Positions 1 through 9,107 of a stretch of DNA of 47,105 nucleotides are shown piece by piece. The stretch covers positions 1-47,105 of the forward strand of contig VGKO01000002.1 in NCBI GenBank assembly GCA_016867035.1, written 5' to 3'. Under the pieces are notes generated by a model. It was given only the letters and a program-made list of their open reading frames with translations. It did no database searches and had not been told where the DNA came from. A program made the translations under genes and the position numbers. Positions within the stretch are counted from its first letter, which is position 1, and the number at the start of each line of letters is the position of its first letter. Source of the DNA: Candidatus Pacearchaeota archaeon. Lineage in GTDB: Archaea; Nanobdellota; Nanobdellia; Pacearchaeales; GW2011-AR1.

Positions 1-378
1 TTTTTTTCAGGAAAAAGATTATTAATAGTAGAAGATGATATGAACACCTTGCCTCTTTATGCATTAGAAGATTTAATGTATCGTGGTTTAGAAGTTTATA
101 CTATTCGTGACCAAGTTCAAGCAGAGCAATATATAAGCTCAAATCAACATTATGAACTGCTCATTGTGGATAGGGAATTACCTGGAACAGCAATGCATTC
201 TGGAGAAGATATAGTCAGATTATCAAGAGAAATAAAACCCAATACCCCAATTATAATGGTTTCAGGCTATGGTGAAATAAAAAAGCCACAAGGAGTTAAC
301 CGAATGTTCTGTAAACTTGGAATGGATAGAGAGGGCTTTATTAAATCAATAACAAACTTCTTAACACGCATAGAATAA
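1..378 (+). CDS. Response-regulator receiver (CheY-like REC) domain protein; 5' end runs off the window
   Basis: The frame of listed ORF 40..378 stays open back to nt 1 (FFSGKRLLIVEDD-MNTL...), which is the classic REC N-terminus. Later motifs LIVDRELPG and IIMVSGYG. No output domain before the stop. Confidence 0.8.
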   Translation, partial: FFSGKRLLIVEDDMNTLPLYALEDLMYRGLEVYTIRDQVQAEQYISSNQHYELLIVDRELPGTAMHSGEDIVRLSREIKPNTPIIMVSGYGEIKKPQGVNRMFCKLGMDREGFIKSITNFLTRIE

Positions 379-396
379 TTTTAAATCTTATTTTAA

Positions 397-2931
397 CTAT
401 TGTTGCTGGAAAGGATCAAAACCTATCTCAAATTCAGGAAATTCTTCGCTCTTTTTTTCTTCTTTATCCTTGGGAGTTTCTTTAACTATTTCAGTAGTAT
501 CCTTGTTTTTATTTTCTTTTTTTACTTTTTCTTTTAATACTTGCCCTTTTTTTTCGTCTATATCCTTTTCAATCTCTCGAGTATCATCAATTGGAAGTAT
601 TTTGCTTTTTGCCATATTTTTATTACTATTATTTGAGTTTAAATCCTTTTCGATGATACGATTAGATTCAAGTTCTTGTACAAATAAACTTATATCTCGC
701 GCAACATCAGCATTAACACTAATGCTGTCTATTCCTTGCTTTACTAAGAATTCAACCATCTCTTTTTTCGAGCCAGCCTGTCCACAAATGCTAGACTCGA
801 CTTTGTATTCTTTACAAACCATTATAACTTTTTTAAGTTGCGAGAGTATAGCAGGATGCATTTCATTATACAAGTATTGACATTCACTATTACCGCGGTC
901 AACAGCAAGCGTATATTGAGTTAAGTCATTTGTTCCAAAACTAATAAACTTGATATATTTACATATCTCCTTGATTATTTGAACAGCAGCAGGTGTTTCA
1001 ATCATTGCTCCAATAATCATATTCTTCTTCTGATATTTTTTAAAAATCTTGTAAGCTTCTTCAACCTCTTGAATAGAAATTATTTGAGGAAACATTACTC
1101 CAAATCTCTTTTCAGGATTCTCAGAAGCAACATTTGCAATAGCCTGAAGCTCTGCTTCAAATATTTCAGGATTCTTTAAACTAAACCTAATGCCATGAAA
1201 ACCAAGCATGGGATTTAATTCAAGTTCTTTTGGTGCTCCTTTTAAATTTTTATATTCGTCGCTTCTTATATCACTTGTTCTAATCCAAACTTCCTTAAAG
1301 TGCTTAGATATTTCTCGAATGCCCTTTTCAATTATTAAACTATACTCATCACACTTATTTTCTTTTAAAAACCCAAGTGGGTGTTTGCCTGACTCTGCAA
1401 TAATACCCTCAAGTCTCATTAAACCTACTGCTTCACATCCTGATTTGGCTGCTCTCTCAGCAAAATGTGGCAAATCTACCATTACTTTTATTTTCGTCTT
1501 AGTCTTAACTATTTGTTGTATCTCTTTTTTCTCAATAAGTTCAATTTTTTTAGGTTTTCCAGAATAAACTTTGCCATTAGTTCCATCTACTGTGATTTCT
1601 TGTCCATCCTTAAGTGTTTCGGTTGCTTTTTCTGTTCCAACAACGCAAGGAATTCCCATTTCACGACTTACTATTGCAGCATGCGAGGTTGCTCCGCCCT
1701 CGTCGGTGATTACCCCTGTTGCTCTTTGCATGGTAACAACCATATCGGGATTAGTCATTTTAGTAACTAAAATATCGCCCTTCTGAACCTTTCCAAGATC
1801 CTTCATATCTAAAACAATTTTTACTTTTCCAAAACCCATTCCAGGCGAAGCTGGAAGTCCTGTTAATAATACATTTCCAGTAACCTTCTCATTATTTTTC
1901 TCTTTCTCGAGTTTAGCTTGCTCAAGAGTAGTTATTGGTCTTGATTGGACAATGTAAACCTTGCCATTTTCAACTGCAAACTCAATATCTTGGGGGTGCT
2001 TATAGTGATTTTCAATTCTTTGCCCTAAACTTCCAAGCGTAGATATCTCTTGCAAAGTAAGAACTTGTTTTTTGCTTTCTTCTTTATCCAGTTTGACAGT
2101 AATTCCATTTCCATTTTCTTCTTTAATCATTTTAACCTTTTTATCCGCAATCCTCTTCTCTTTTAATTCTAAATCGTCATTGAGAACATAATGATCAGGG
2201 AGAATTTTACCCGAAACAATTCCTTCTCCAAGCCCAAAAACAGCTTCTATAATAATCTCGTTATCTGCATTAGTTGGATTTTTAGTAAACATAACTCCAG
2301 ACCTATCAGAATTAACCATTTTTTGAACTACAACCGAAAGCAAAGCATTAGCTTTATCAAAACCTTTCTTATGCCTATAATAAACCGCTCGCGCAGTATA
2401 AAGCGAAGCAAAACATTTTCTCACTGCTTTTATTAATTCTTTATTACCCTTAACATTAGTAAAGGTTTCTTGTTGGCCTGCGAAACTTGCTCCTGCCAAA
2501 TCCTCTGTAGTTGCGCTTGAACGAACAGCTACAAAAACCATTTCTTTACTTTTGCTGTCAAATTCGTCTTTATTATCCGAACCAAGTAAATTATAAGCTT
2601 CTTCTATCTCCTGTTGCATATCCTCGGGCATATCAGCATTAGCAACAAGTTCTCGAATTTTGGCAGAATTTTTTTCTAGCTCTTCTGTATTATCCACATT
2701 AGTTTTATTTATTAATTCGACAATTTTATCTTTCAATCCAGCTTTCTTTAGAAAGATGTCAAAAGCCTGAGCAGTCACACAAAAAGCAGGGGGAACAGGA
2801 AATCTTGCATTATACATTTCTGCTAAATTAGCCCCCTTGCCACCAACAATTGCGCCCGAATCCTTAGAAAGTTCAGAAAGCCAACGAATATATTGCTCGC
2901 TAGGAACCTCTATTTTCTTTTTTATTGCCAT
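397..2931 (-). CDS. ppsA: Phosphoenolpyruvate synthase (pyruvate, water dikinase) with K/E-rich C-terminal tail
   Basis: ATG start. N-terminal VGGKGANLAEM ATP-grasp motif, phospho-His swivel motif GGATSHAAIVSREMGIPCVVG, C-terminal PEP-utilizer motifs FGTNDLTQYTLAVDRGN. The last ~80 aa are low-complexity K/E/N-rich. Confidence 0.9.
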   Translation of the reverse strand: MAIKKKIEVPSEQYIRWLSELSKDSGAIVGGKGANLAEMYNARFPVPPAFCVTAQAFDIFLKKAGLKDKIVELINKTNVDNTEELEKNSAKIRELVANADMPEDMQQEIEEAYNLLGSDNKDEFDSKSKEMVFVAVRSSATTEDLAGASFAGQQETFTNVKGNKELIKAVRKCFASLYTARAVYYRHKKGFDKANALLSVVVQKMVNSDRSGVMFTKNPTNADNEIIIEAVFGLGEGIVSGKILPDHYVLNDDLELKEKRIADKKVKMIKEENGNGITVKLDKEESKKQVLTLQEISTLGSLGQRIENHYKHPQDIEFAVENGKVYIVQSRPITTLEQAKLEKEKNNEKVTGNVLLTGLPASPGMGFGKVKIVLDMKDLGKVQKGDILVTKMTNPDMVVTMQRATGVITDEGGATSHAAIVSREMGIPCVVGTEKATETLKDGQEITVDGTNGKVYSGKPKKIELIEKKEIQQIVKTKTKIKVMVDLPHFAERAAKSGCEAVGLMRLEGIIAESGKHPLGFLKENKCDEYSLIIEKGIREISKHFKEVWIRTSDIRSDEYKNLKGAPKELELNPMLGFHGIRFSLKNPEIFEAELQAIANVASENPEKRFGVMFPQIISIQEVEEAYKIFKKYQKKNMIIGAMIETPAAVQIIKEICKYIKFISFGTNDLTQYTLAVDRGNSECQYLYNEMHPAILSQLKKVIMVCKEYKVESSICGQAGSKKEMVEFLVKQGIDSISVNADVARDISLFVQELESNRIIEKDLNSNNSNKNMAKSKILPIDDTREIEKDIDEKKGQVLKEKVKKENKNKDTTEIVKETPKDKEEKKSEEFPEFEIGFDPFQQQ

Positions 2932-3024
2932 CCTCTTTTAATCTAATGCATTTAAGAAAACTCTTTTTATAAATGTTATTAATCAAACCGAAAGAATTAT
3001 AAGCCCAATAAAGAAACCCTATTC

Positions 3025-3234
3025 ATGGCTTATCAAGCAAAACAAGGAGAACAAGGAGAACATAGATTAGGAGTAGCAATAGATCCTTCTGTAGCTAATC
3101 AAGATTTTCCAAGAGATTTATCAGAATTAGACCTAGATTTGGCAAGTGTCAAGCATATGCCTCGGCCTTGTTTAGCTTGTAGAGAAGAAATGAGGTTAAT
3201 GGCTTATAGAAAACCCAAATTACTTGCGATTTAG
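3025..3234 (+). CDS. Small hypothetical protein (69 aa), probably leaderless
   Basis: ATG ORF with an aattataa box at 2995-3002, 22 nt upstream of the ATG (the spacing seen at many genes here). No recognisable domain. 3' end overlaps the convergent alkD-like gene by 15 nt. Confidence 0.35.
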   Translation: MAYQAKQGEQGEHRLGVAIDPSVANQDFPRDLSELDLDLASVKHMPRPCLACREEMRLMAYRKPKLLAI

Positions 3235-3945
3235 ATAATATTTTCTTTTTTCTTCAGAAAATTTTTCAATAGAGTAACGTAGCATTGTCCTAGGCATTTG
3301 CTTGCAATATTTATCTAAAAAACCAACAAGAATTTTCTCGTTTTTCTTTCCAATCTCTCGAAGCATCCAACCAACAGCCTTGTGAATTAAATCATGCAAA
3401 TCAGAAAGAAGAATCTCACTTATTTTAATTGCATCCTTAAAATCCTTTTCTCTTATAAACCAGAAACAAGCAAGTATAGCTATTCTTTTTCTCCATAAAT
3501 CTTGCGATTTAGCAAAATCATAAAGAATTAGTTTTTCTTGAGGATTATGATATAGGTAGTTTCCAACAACCCTCGGCGCACTCAAATCAACCAAATCCCA
3601 ATTATTTATATTACCTCGTTCTGCATTTTCTAAATAAAATTCATAAATTTCTTTTTGTTGTTCTTTATCTTCTTTATTTTTCTCAAATTTTTTAACAAGA
3701 ATCAGCAAACCCACAAGCCGATATTCGTGAATTTTGCTATCAAGCATTTTTTGTATATCTTTTAAGCTCAAAAGATTCCAATATTTTTTTACAAGCTCTC
3801 TTTGTATTGGGACAACTATACCTAAAAAAACATCTCCCTCACCATACTCTCCTTTGCCTGTTTTAAAAAAGCCCTGCAAGAGTTTGGCTTTTTCAGGATT
3901 CGCGAGTTGCTCTAGCTCTTTTTTTAGTTCTATTAATTTACTCAT
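3220..3945 (-). CDS. DNA alkylation repair protein (AlkD-like HEAT-repeat family)
   Basis: LANPEKAKLLQGFFKTGKGEYGEGDVFLGIVVP, INNWDLVDLSA, HDLIHKAVGWMLREIGK and MPRTMLRYSIEKF match the DNA_alkylation family pattern. Start moved to the internal ATG (MSKLIELKK) because the family begins there and a TATA-like box lies 21 nt upstream. Confidence 0.8.
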   Translation of the reverse strand: MSKLIELKKELEQLANPEKAKLLQGFFKTGKGEYGEGDVFLGIVVPIQRELVKKYWNLLSLKDIQKMLDSKIHEYRLVGLLILVKKFEKNKEDKEQQKEIYEFYLENAERGNINNWDLVDLSAPRVVGNYLYHNPQEKLILYDFAKSQDLWRKRIAILACFWFIREKDFKDAIKISEILLSDLHDLIHKAVGWMLREIGKKNEKILVGFLDKYCKQMPRTMLRYSIEKFSEEKRKYYLNRK

Positions 3946-3966
3946 AATTATATAGATATCCAAATG

Positions 3967-3975
3967 CTTAAAAAC
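3967..3975. promoter_or_regulatory. Shared A/T box (cttaaaaac) between divergent start codons
   Basis: Lies 21 nt from the alkD-like ATG (3945, minus) and 20 nt from the ATG at 3996 (plus). Same spacing as other leaderless promoters in the window. Confidence 0.35.
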
Positions 3976-3995
3976 TTTGGGAATCCTTATTAAAA

Positions 3996-4196
3996 ATGGC
4001 ATTTCGAGATTATGAACATTCTCTTGGATTTGAATTAGACCTAAGTCGTAAAACAAATTATGGCCGAGATTTAAAAGAAGATGAAGAAAATCAAGCCACT
4101 AATAGGGGAGCCAGAGGGGTTAAAGAACCCAGAGTCAAGAACGCTCCAGCAGATTTAGTAGTTATGGCTGGTTTGGATAAAGATAAAAAAAGATAG
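3996..4196 (+). CDS. Small hypothetical protein (66 aa)
   Basis: ATG ORF with a TATA-like box at canonical distance. Charged, no recognisable domain. Confidence 0.3.
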   Translation: MAFRDYEHSLGFELDLSRKTNYGRDLKEDEENQATNRGARGVKEPRVKNAPADLVVMAGLDKDKKR

Positions 4197-4217
4197 AAAA
4201 AAGTAAATAATAATTAT

Positions 4218-4760
4218 TTATTGAACTTCTTCATAAACTATTTTTGTTTTGCAAGGAAGTTTAGAACTAGCACTCTTGCATAAATTTCTAATGAATTCTG
4301 TGCTCTTTTTATCATTGTATCCTATAACATAAATTGGCTCGCCCATTTTTATGTAAGCTGCTCTTCCTGTACTTGTTCCAAAAGAGTGGCTCATACCAGA
4401 CTGGACTCTTTCTCCTTTTGAACCACCCGAGAAAGTTTTGTTATCTCTCAATATTTGGTGCGGATAAGGTTTGCAAGCAAAATAATAATCATTTCCAAGT
4501 TTTTTTCCTAATTGGTTATGGATAAACTGTCTTGCAGCTTCTAAAGCCAAATCGCGTATTTGAACGTGGATTGTTGTATAAATAGTAATAAAATTTTTAT
4601 ATTTCCCTTTTTCGAAACCAGCAACATCAGCCATATTAAATTTAGTTACTTTTTGGTTAGGAACTACTTTAATATAATTAAGGTGCTTAACTTTTTTAGA
4701 CTTTCGAGTAAATGCTGTTCTGTGTTTCTTTGAATATGCTAATGCTTTTCTTAATACCAT
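4218..4760 (-). CDS. rpl10e: 50S ribosomal protein L10e (uL16)
   Basis: MVLRKALAYSKKHRTAFTRKSK... N-terminus and overall pattern typical of archaeal/eukaryotic L10e. 34 nt downstream of L35Ae on the same strand. Confidence 0.9.
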   Translation of the reverse strand: MVLRKALAYSKKHRTAFTRKSKKVKHLNYIKVVPNQKVTKFNMADVAGFEKGKYKNFITIYTTIHVQIRDLALEAARQFIHNQLGKKLGNDYYFACKPYPHQILRDNKTFSGGSKGERVQSGMSHSFGTSTGRAAYIKMGEPIYVIGYNDKKSTEFIRNLCKSASSKLPCKTKIVYEEVQ

Positions 4761-4794
4761 TTTATGTTTTTATTTTAATTATTCTTTGAATTAT

Positions 4795-5052
4795 TTACTT
4801 TATTTCAATCTCGGTTGCTATTGCTTGTCCAGGTAAACCTTTCTCAAAAATAGCTCGAACCATTCCTTTATTTCCGTGACTTGAAGATACTTTTCCCGCA
4901 AGTATTTTTCCAGCAGGGCTTCTCCATTTTACTTCTTTGCCCACTAATTTTTGAGCTTCTTCTTTAGTTTTGCATCCAAAATCAAGAATGAAGTGTCTAG
5001 GATGATAGTGTTGTTTCCCTCTTCTAAACTGAATAACTGTTCCTTTTGCCAT
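4795..5052 (-). CDS. rpl35ae: 50S ribosomal protein L35Ae (eL33)
   Basis: 85 aa with GKVSSSHGNKGMVRAIFEKGLPGQA, the characteristic L35Ae C-terminal motif. gctttaaaaa box 21 nt upstream of the ATG. Confidence 0.9.
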   Translation of the reverse strand: MAKGTVIQFRRGKQHYHPRHFILDFGCKTKEEAQKLVGKEVKWRSPAGKILAGKVSSSHGNKGMVRAIFEKGLPGQAIATEIEIK

Positions 5053-5073
5053 AGGATGTTGTATAAAAATAGG

Positions 5074-5141
5074 TTTTTAAAGCTTCCGAATGTTATGAGG
5101 AAGCACTAAAAATTTCATATAAATTTTTTAAAGCTTCCGAA
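5074..5141 (-). promoter_or_regulatory. Duplicated 17-nt promoter-like element (tttttaaagcttccgaa at 5074-5090 and 5125-5141)
   Basis: Exact 17/17 direct repeat with 51-nt period. On the minus strand it reads TTCGGAAGCTTTAAAAA. The proximal copy places TTTAAAAA at -29..-22 of the L35Ae ATG. Confidence 0.45.
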
Positions 5142-5162
5142 ATCTCTGAATACTCAATTCTA

Positions 5163-6968
5163 TTAAGAACTTATCTCAAAATCACCGAACTCTTTTCTAA
5201 GAACTTCTAAGTCGTTTGAACTTAATTTTGAAGGGGTCTTTTTTTGACTATATAATACTCCTTCCAACTCCTGTTGATTAGACTCCTCAAGTTTATTTCC
5301 CTTAATTTTTAATATTTTATTATCTGCAAACACAAAAACAGGGTTAGTTAAGAATACATCAGCATGCTTGCCTTTATCATAAAATAAGTGTAATTCTATC
5401 TTACTTATTTCAGCTATCTCACATCTCTGTCCGTATTCAACTAGTCTGTTAATTAAACTAGAAACATTCTTTCTAACATCTTCAATTTCATACTTAGTAG
5501 GTTTTTTCTTGCTAGCATATTTCTTTTTAGTATCAATTAATTCTTGTAACACTTGCAAATGCCTTGGTTCTGCTCTTCCTTTTTTAATAATTTCTTTTTC
5601 AAAGTCTTTTATAAGCTCTTCTTCTCTTTTATTTCCAAATAACCCCTTCATTATCTTAAAAACATTATCATAGGTTTCTTGAAGTGTTCTCTCCTGACTT
5701 CTCTTCTCGATTTCAGTAGCAACTTCCTTAAGTTTTTTAGTGTATTCTTCCGCGTCTTTCATTAATTCATCAACTTCTTTTCCAGAAACTTCTTTAATTT
5801 TGCCGTGCTCAAAACCTTTGTAATATTGAATAGCAATTTTATCTAAGATATCAAGGTATTTCTTTTCCATCATCTTCTCTTGATCTACAAGGATTCTCTT
5901 TACTTCTTTAACAGTCTCATAAACATTTGGGGGTGGAATTCCATATAGCATTAAAACTGCTTGAGTGGGGGTGATAATGCTCCAATACAAATCATTTAAA
6001 ACAATATCCATTAATCTTTGTTTAATAATCTCCTTGGTTTTGTCGCCCATGCTCATAAATCTATCAATAGCTTCAGGGCTAGGTTTGATTTTACCCATTT
6101 TTAATAAAAGCTTCCAAGGCAAGAATCCTCCGCGGTCATAAAGAGGTATTCCATCTCTAATAAAAGTGAATATAACAGGGCTAGCATCTTTAACATCTTC
6201 CCAGAACTCAGTCAGCAAATAAACCTGAGGTGATAATTTATTTTTTACTCCTGCTAATTCGCCGGCTTCAGCAACATATTGATAAATAATACCCCTAAGC
6301 TTCTCTTTTAACTCTAATCGAGACATTCTTTTTACATCAGTATCATCAATTATAATAAAAACATCAACGTCACTAGTATCTTTAGCCTCGCCTCTAACAA
6401 GCGAGCCACCAATAACATAACTATAAATATATTTCTCAAATTTTCTAAGAACAAGACTTTTGTGTATTTGTGCAACCCGAAGTGCTCCGAAGATACCTTT
6501 ATCATATAGAGGGTAACTCATCCCAATTGCTTCAACTAAATCCCATTTGCTATCCAGAGCATAGTTCCACAAGTCAACAGGTGTGATTAAATTAAGCCAA
6601 ACAGTAGGTTTAAGGTCTTTAACTTGTTTTATCAGGTCTGCTCTAATCTCATTAATCTGTTTAAAATTATCTTCAGGAATAATTACAGTTAAATGCATTG
6701 GTTTTGTTTTCTTCTCCTCCTCAGTTAAAGCAAGTTCTTCATCAAATCTATCGGCTGCTTGTGGGGGTATAATTCCCATTCCAAGAATAAAATTATGTTT
6801 TTTTAAAGCAGCTTTTTTGAATTCTTCAAGTTTTTCTTTGGTTTTATCTATTTCTTTCTTAGCTTTATCATCTAGCTGTGTTCCAGGTATCTTGGGAGCG
6901 TTTGGATCATAATTTATAGCAGGGCTTTTTAATTCATTAGAAAGATCGTCTTTTTTTGTAGGTTCCAT
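5163..6968 (-). CDS. Large nucleotidyltransferase-domain protein (Pol-beta superfamily) with helical C-terminal region
   Basis: GGSLVRGEAKDTSDVDVFIIID is a G[SG]-x9-12-DxD minimal-NTase motif. The C-terminal region contains RAEPRH (Rx4H, HEPN-like). The listed start at 6980 is TTG; the first ATG (MEPTKKDD) is at 6968. Confidence 0.6.
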   Translation of the reverse strand: MEPTKKDDLSNELKSPAINYDPNAPKIPGTQLDDKAKKEIDKTKEKLEEFKKAALKKHNFILGMGIIPPQAADRFDEELALTEEEKKTKPMHLTVIIPEDNFKQINEIRADLIKQVKDLKPTVWLNLITPVDLWNYALDSKWDLVEAIGMSYPLYDKGIFGALRVAQIHKSLVLRKFEKYIYSYVIGGSLVRGEAKDTSDVDVFIIIDDTDVKRMSRLELKEKLRGIIYQYVAEAGELAGVKNKLSPQVYLLTEFWEDVKDASPVIFTFIRDGIPLYDRGGFLPWKLLLKMGKIKPSPEAIDRFMSMGDKTKEIIKQRLMDIVLNDLYWSIITPTQAVLMLYGIPPPNVYETVKEVKRILVDQEKMMEKKYLDILDKIAIQYYKGFEHGKIKEVSGKEVDELMKDAEEYTKKLKEVATEIEKRSQERTLQETYDNVFKIMKGLFGNKREEELIKDFEKEIIKKGRAEPRHLQVLQELIDTKKKYASKKKPTKYEIEDVRKNVSSLINRLVEYGQRCEIAEISKIELHLFYDKGKHADVFLTNPVFVFADNKILKIKGNKLEESNQQELEGVLYSQKKTPSKLSSNDLEVLRKEFGDFEISS

Positions 6969-7068
6969 TTTTGTAATCAATAATTATTTGAGTTCTATTT
7001 AATTTGGTGATATAAATTATATAAATAAGTGTTTTGAAGCATATTTAAATCTAACTAAATCTAGAGTT

Positions 7069-7275
7069 TTAGCAATAATCCTGATACTTTATTTCTAAAG
7101 GAGGATCATAATACTTCCATTCCCTCTGTTTAGGACAAGAATTACCTTCTGTTAAAATAAAATAAGTAGCAAGTAATATTGCTGTTGGAATAATTATTCT
7201 TTTGCCTAAATCCCTAAATAGCGAAGCAACAACCTCAAGCCCTGACGAAGATTCTAAAAGACCTCGATCCCTCAT
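7069..7275 (-). CDS. Small hypothetical membrane protein
   Basis: ATG ORF 24 nt downstream of 7300..7896 on the same strand, with one hydrophobic segment (IIIPTAILLATYFIL). Confidence 0.35.
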   Translation of the reverse strand: MRDRGLLESSSGLEVVASLFRDLGKRIIIPTAILLATYFILTEGNSCPKQREWKYYDPPLEIKYQDYC

Positions 7276-7299
7276 ATAAATATTAATATCTCAAGGTTA

Positions 7300-7896
7300 T
7301 TAAGGGTTTACGTTTATGACTATGTTTGGCAAAGCTCTAACTCTTTTTGCTGCTACTTGTGCTTGCATACACGCATTAAAAAATAAATCAGTGGTTGCTT
7401 CTAATAATTTAAGATTTATTCCAAAATCAATTTCATCTCCCATTTTCAAAGGATTTGAACCAGTAGAACCCATGCCAATTACTCTATGTTCAAGATTCTC
7501 CCCCATATCCATTATAGCAATCTGAACTTGTCCTTGTTTATTTAAAACATAACCTGTTGAGTTGGGCGTGGTTGGAAAAAAAATTCTTTCCTTTCTTTTA
7601 AAAAAATATTTAATAAAGGCAGAGTTGCCATGAAAAGCAGTAGCGTCTCTTGATGTTAACCTGGCAGTTATTTTATAATAGTTCCGTATTCTTGAAAAAT
7701 TAACATTAATAGAATCAAAAGGTTCAGGCAATTCGGCAGGACCAAAACTAAAACCAAAACCAAATGCTTTGGGGGATCCTTCTTCGTCTTCTTCTTGTTG
7801 CCAAGCTTCTCTAGGTATGGCACCAGGCATTTGCAAAATTGGGGGTTTAGTCAAAGTTTTATAAGCATCCTCTGCGCCATTAATAACAATATTCAT
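7300..7896 (-). CDS. Hypothetical protein (198 aa)
   Basis: Long ATG ORF in an AT-rich (stop-rich) background. No recognised domain. Confidence 0.5.
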   Translation of the reverse strand: MNIVINGAEDAYKTLTKPPILQMPGAIPREAWQQEEDEEGSPKAFGFGFSFGPAELPEPFDSINVNFSRIRNYYKITARLTSRDATAFHGNSAFIKYFFKRKERIFFPTTPNSTGYVLNKQGQVQIAIMDMGENLEHRVIGMGSTGSNPLKMGDEIDFGINLKLLEATTDLFFNACMQAQVAAKRVRALPNIVINVNP

Positions 7897-7941
7897 TCTA
7901 AACCCAAGAATAACTTTTATTTAAACATTTCTAATATCTAG

Positions 7942-8199
7942 TTATATATTTCTAATCTCAAGATTTTTTACTTTTGCTTTCATATACAGGGTTCTTGGGC
8001 AGGGCTTGCCATTTTTAGAATAAGCACAAATAACACAACACTCAGAAACAGGTTTTCTAACTTCTTGCTTACATTTAGGGCAAGTATAACTTTGTGGACA
8101 ATTCTCAATATCAACATGGGCTTTTGTACCTTTTTTGCAATGCGGGCAAACTAAGATAACATACTCTGCAATCTTCTGTACTCTTTTTTTTGCGCCCAT
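7942..8199 (-). CDS. Zinc-ribbon protein (multiple CxxC pairs)
   Basis: CPHCKK...CPKCKQ...CCVICAY...CP give four Cys pairs in 85 aa. Confidence 0.55.
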   Translation of the reverse strand: MGAKKRVQKIAEYVILVCPHCKKGTKAHVDIENCPQSYTCPKCKQEVRKPVSECCVICAYSKNGKPCPRTLYMKAKVKNLEIRNI

Positions 8200-8200
8200 T

Positions 8201-8464
8201 TTAAGTATTTTGTAATTTATTTATAATTCTCGCTACAAAAAAAGTGAACATGAGTAGTATAATAACAAGAAAAGCTACAATATAGTCATAATCCACTTCT
8301 ATTTTATAATTTGGGTCTTTAGCAATATTTTCAAAAACATCCTGTTCTAGTGTAGTCTGTTCAATATCTTGTACAACCCTAGCATTATACTCAAGCCCCA
8401 AAAAGCTAAGGCTAAATAAGATAACAATCCAAAAAACAACCATTCTCGACCTCTCTTTATTCAT
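8201..8464 (-). CDS. Small membrane protein (two TM segments)
   Basis: Hydrophobic stretches VVFWIVILFSLSFLGL and IVAFLVIILLMFTFFV. Its stop is adjacent to the start of the 7942..8199 gene. Confidence 0.5.
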   Translation of the reverse strand: MNKERSRMVVFWIVILFSLSFLGLEYNARVVQDIEQTTLEQDVFENIAKDPNYKIEVDYDYIVAFLVIILLMFTFFVARIINKLQNT

Positions 8465-8579
8465 CTGAGAATAAATGCAAGGTGTTTTATAAAACTTTCA
8501 TTTGATAAAACAATAAAAAGCTAGACAAGTAAATAAGAAAAAGAAAAATAAGAAATAAAGAAATAAGAAAAATAAAGAA

Positions 8580-8987
8580 TTAAGGATTAGCCTTTACTAA
8601 GAAAAATCCTGCTATCTTTGCGTTTATTAATCCAGAGACGGTCCATCCTAAAATTGTAAGGAAGGAAAGATTAAAACTTGTGTAAGTTGCAAACATTCCT
8701 GGAACAGTAGTCAAGAAAAATAATAGCCATCCAAAATAACATCCCCTCATTATCCCTTTTCCTTTAAAGCTAGTTTTTGTTTTAGCCCAAAGCCATGCAA
8801 AAACTAATCCCAGAATAAACGGATATACAAAGAAAGCCATCATTATCGGATCTTGCCAACTTCTCATAAATTCTGTAGTATAATCAGCATTAACGCTTGG
8901 AATTAGCATAAACAAATAGTTTACAATCATGCTAAAAATAAGCATAATTAATCCCAACAACAATCCAGGCCCAATTACTTTTTTCAT
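8580..8987 (-). CDS. Integral membrane protein (about 4 TM)
   Basis: ATG preceded by GGAGGTGA 5 nt upstream (one of few clear SD sites here). Strongly hydrophobic. Followed on its strand by a long T-rich tract (8520-8579). Confidence 0.6.
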   Translation of the reverse strand: MKKVIGPGLLLGLIMLIFSMIVNYLFMLIPSVNADYTTEFMRSWQDPIMMAFFVYPFILGLVFAWLWAKTKTSFKGKGIMRGCYFGWLLFFLTTVPGMFATYTSFNLSFLTILGWTVSGLINAKIAGFFLVKANP

Positions 8988-9055
8988 TTTTCACCTCCTG
9001 AGAAATATCTGTTTTTTAAGTTTATAATATTTTCTAGATAAACGAAACAACACAA

Positions 9056-9069
9056 ATGGGCACAGGAGG
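9056..9069 (-). repeat. Echo of the tRNA-Val 3' end (14/14 identical to 9107-9120)
   Basis: atgggcacaggagg occurs twice with a 51-nt period. The second copy is preceded by a degenerate T-loop-like sequence (GGATTCACTCG on the minus strand). Confidence 0.9.
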
Positions 9070-9107
9070 CGAGTGAATCCATTTAACTAAATCACGCCCC
9101 TATCTAA

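Noticed and set aside
470-2436. Listed plus-strand ORFs inside ppsA (470..880, 979..1179, 1208..1567, 1465..1770, 1571..1786, 2191..2436)
   Set aside because: They are antisense to a confidently identified PEP synthase gene. Translations are low-complexity and F/S/L/I-rich, typical of the reverse strand of a K/E-rich gene.
3946-4056. N-terminal extensions of listed ORFs (3220..4056, 33520..34395, 37512..38132) and the TTG/GTG starts at 6980, 15593 and 23063
   Set aside because: The extensions are hydrophobic or low-complexity, cross promoter regions or upstream genes, or use non-ATG codons a few codons upstream of an ATG. Internal ATGs give canonical family N-termini and canonical TATA spacing.
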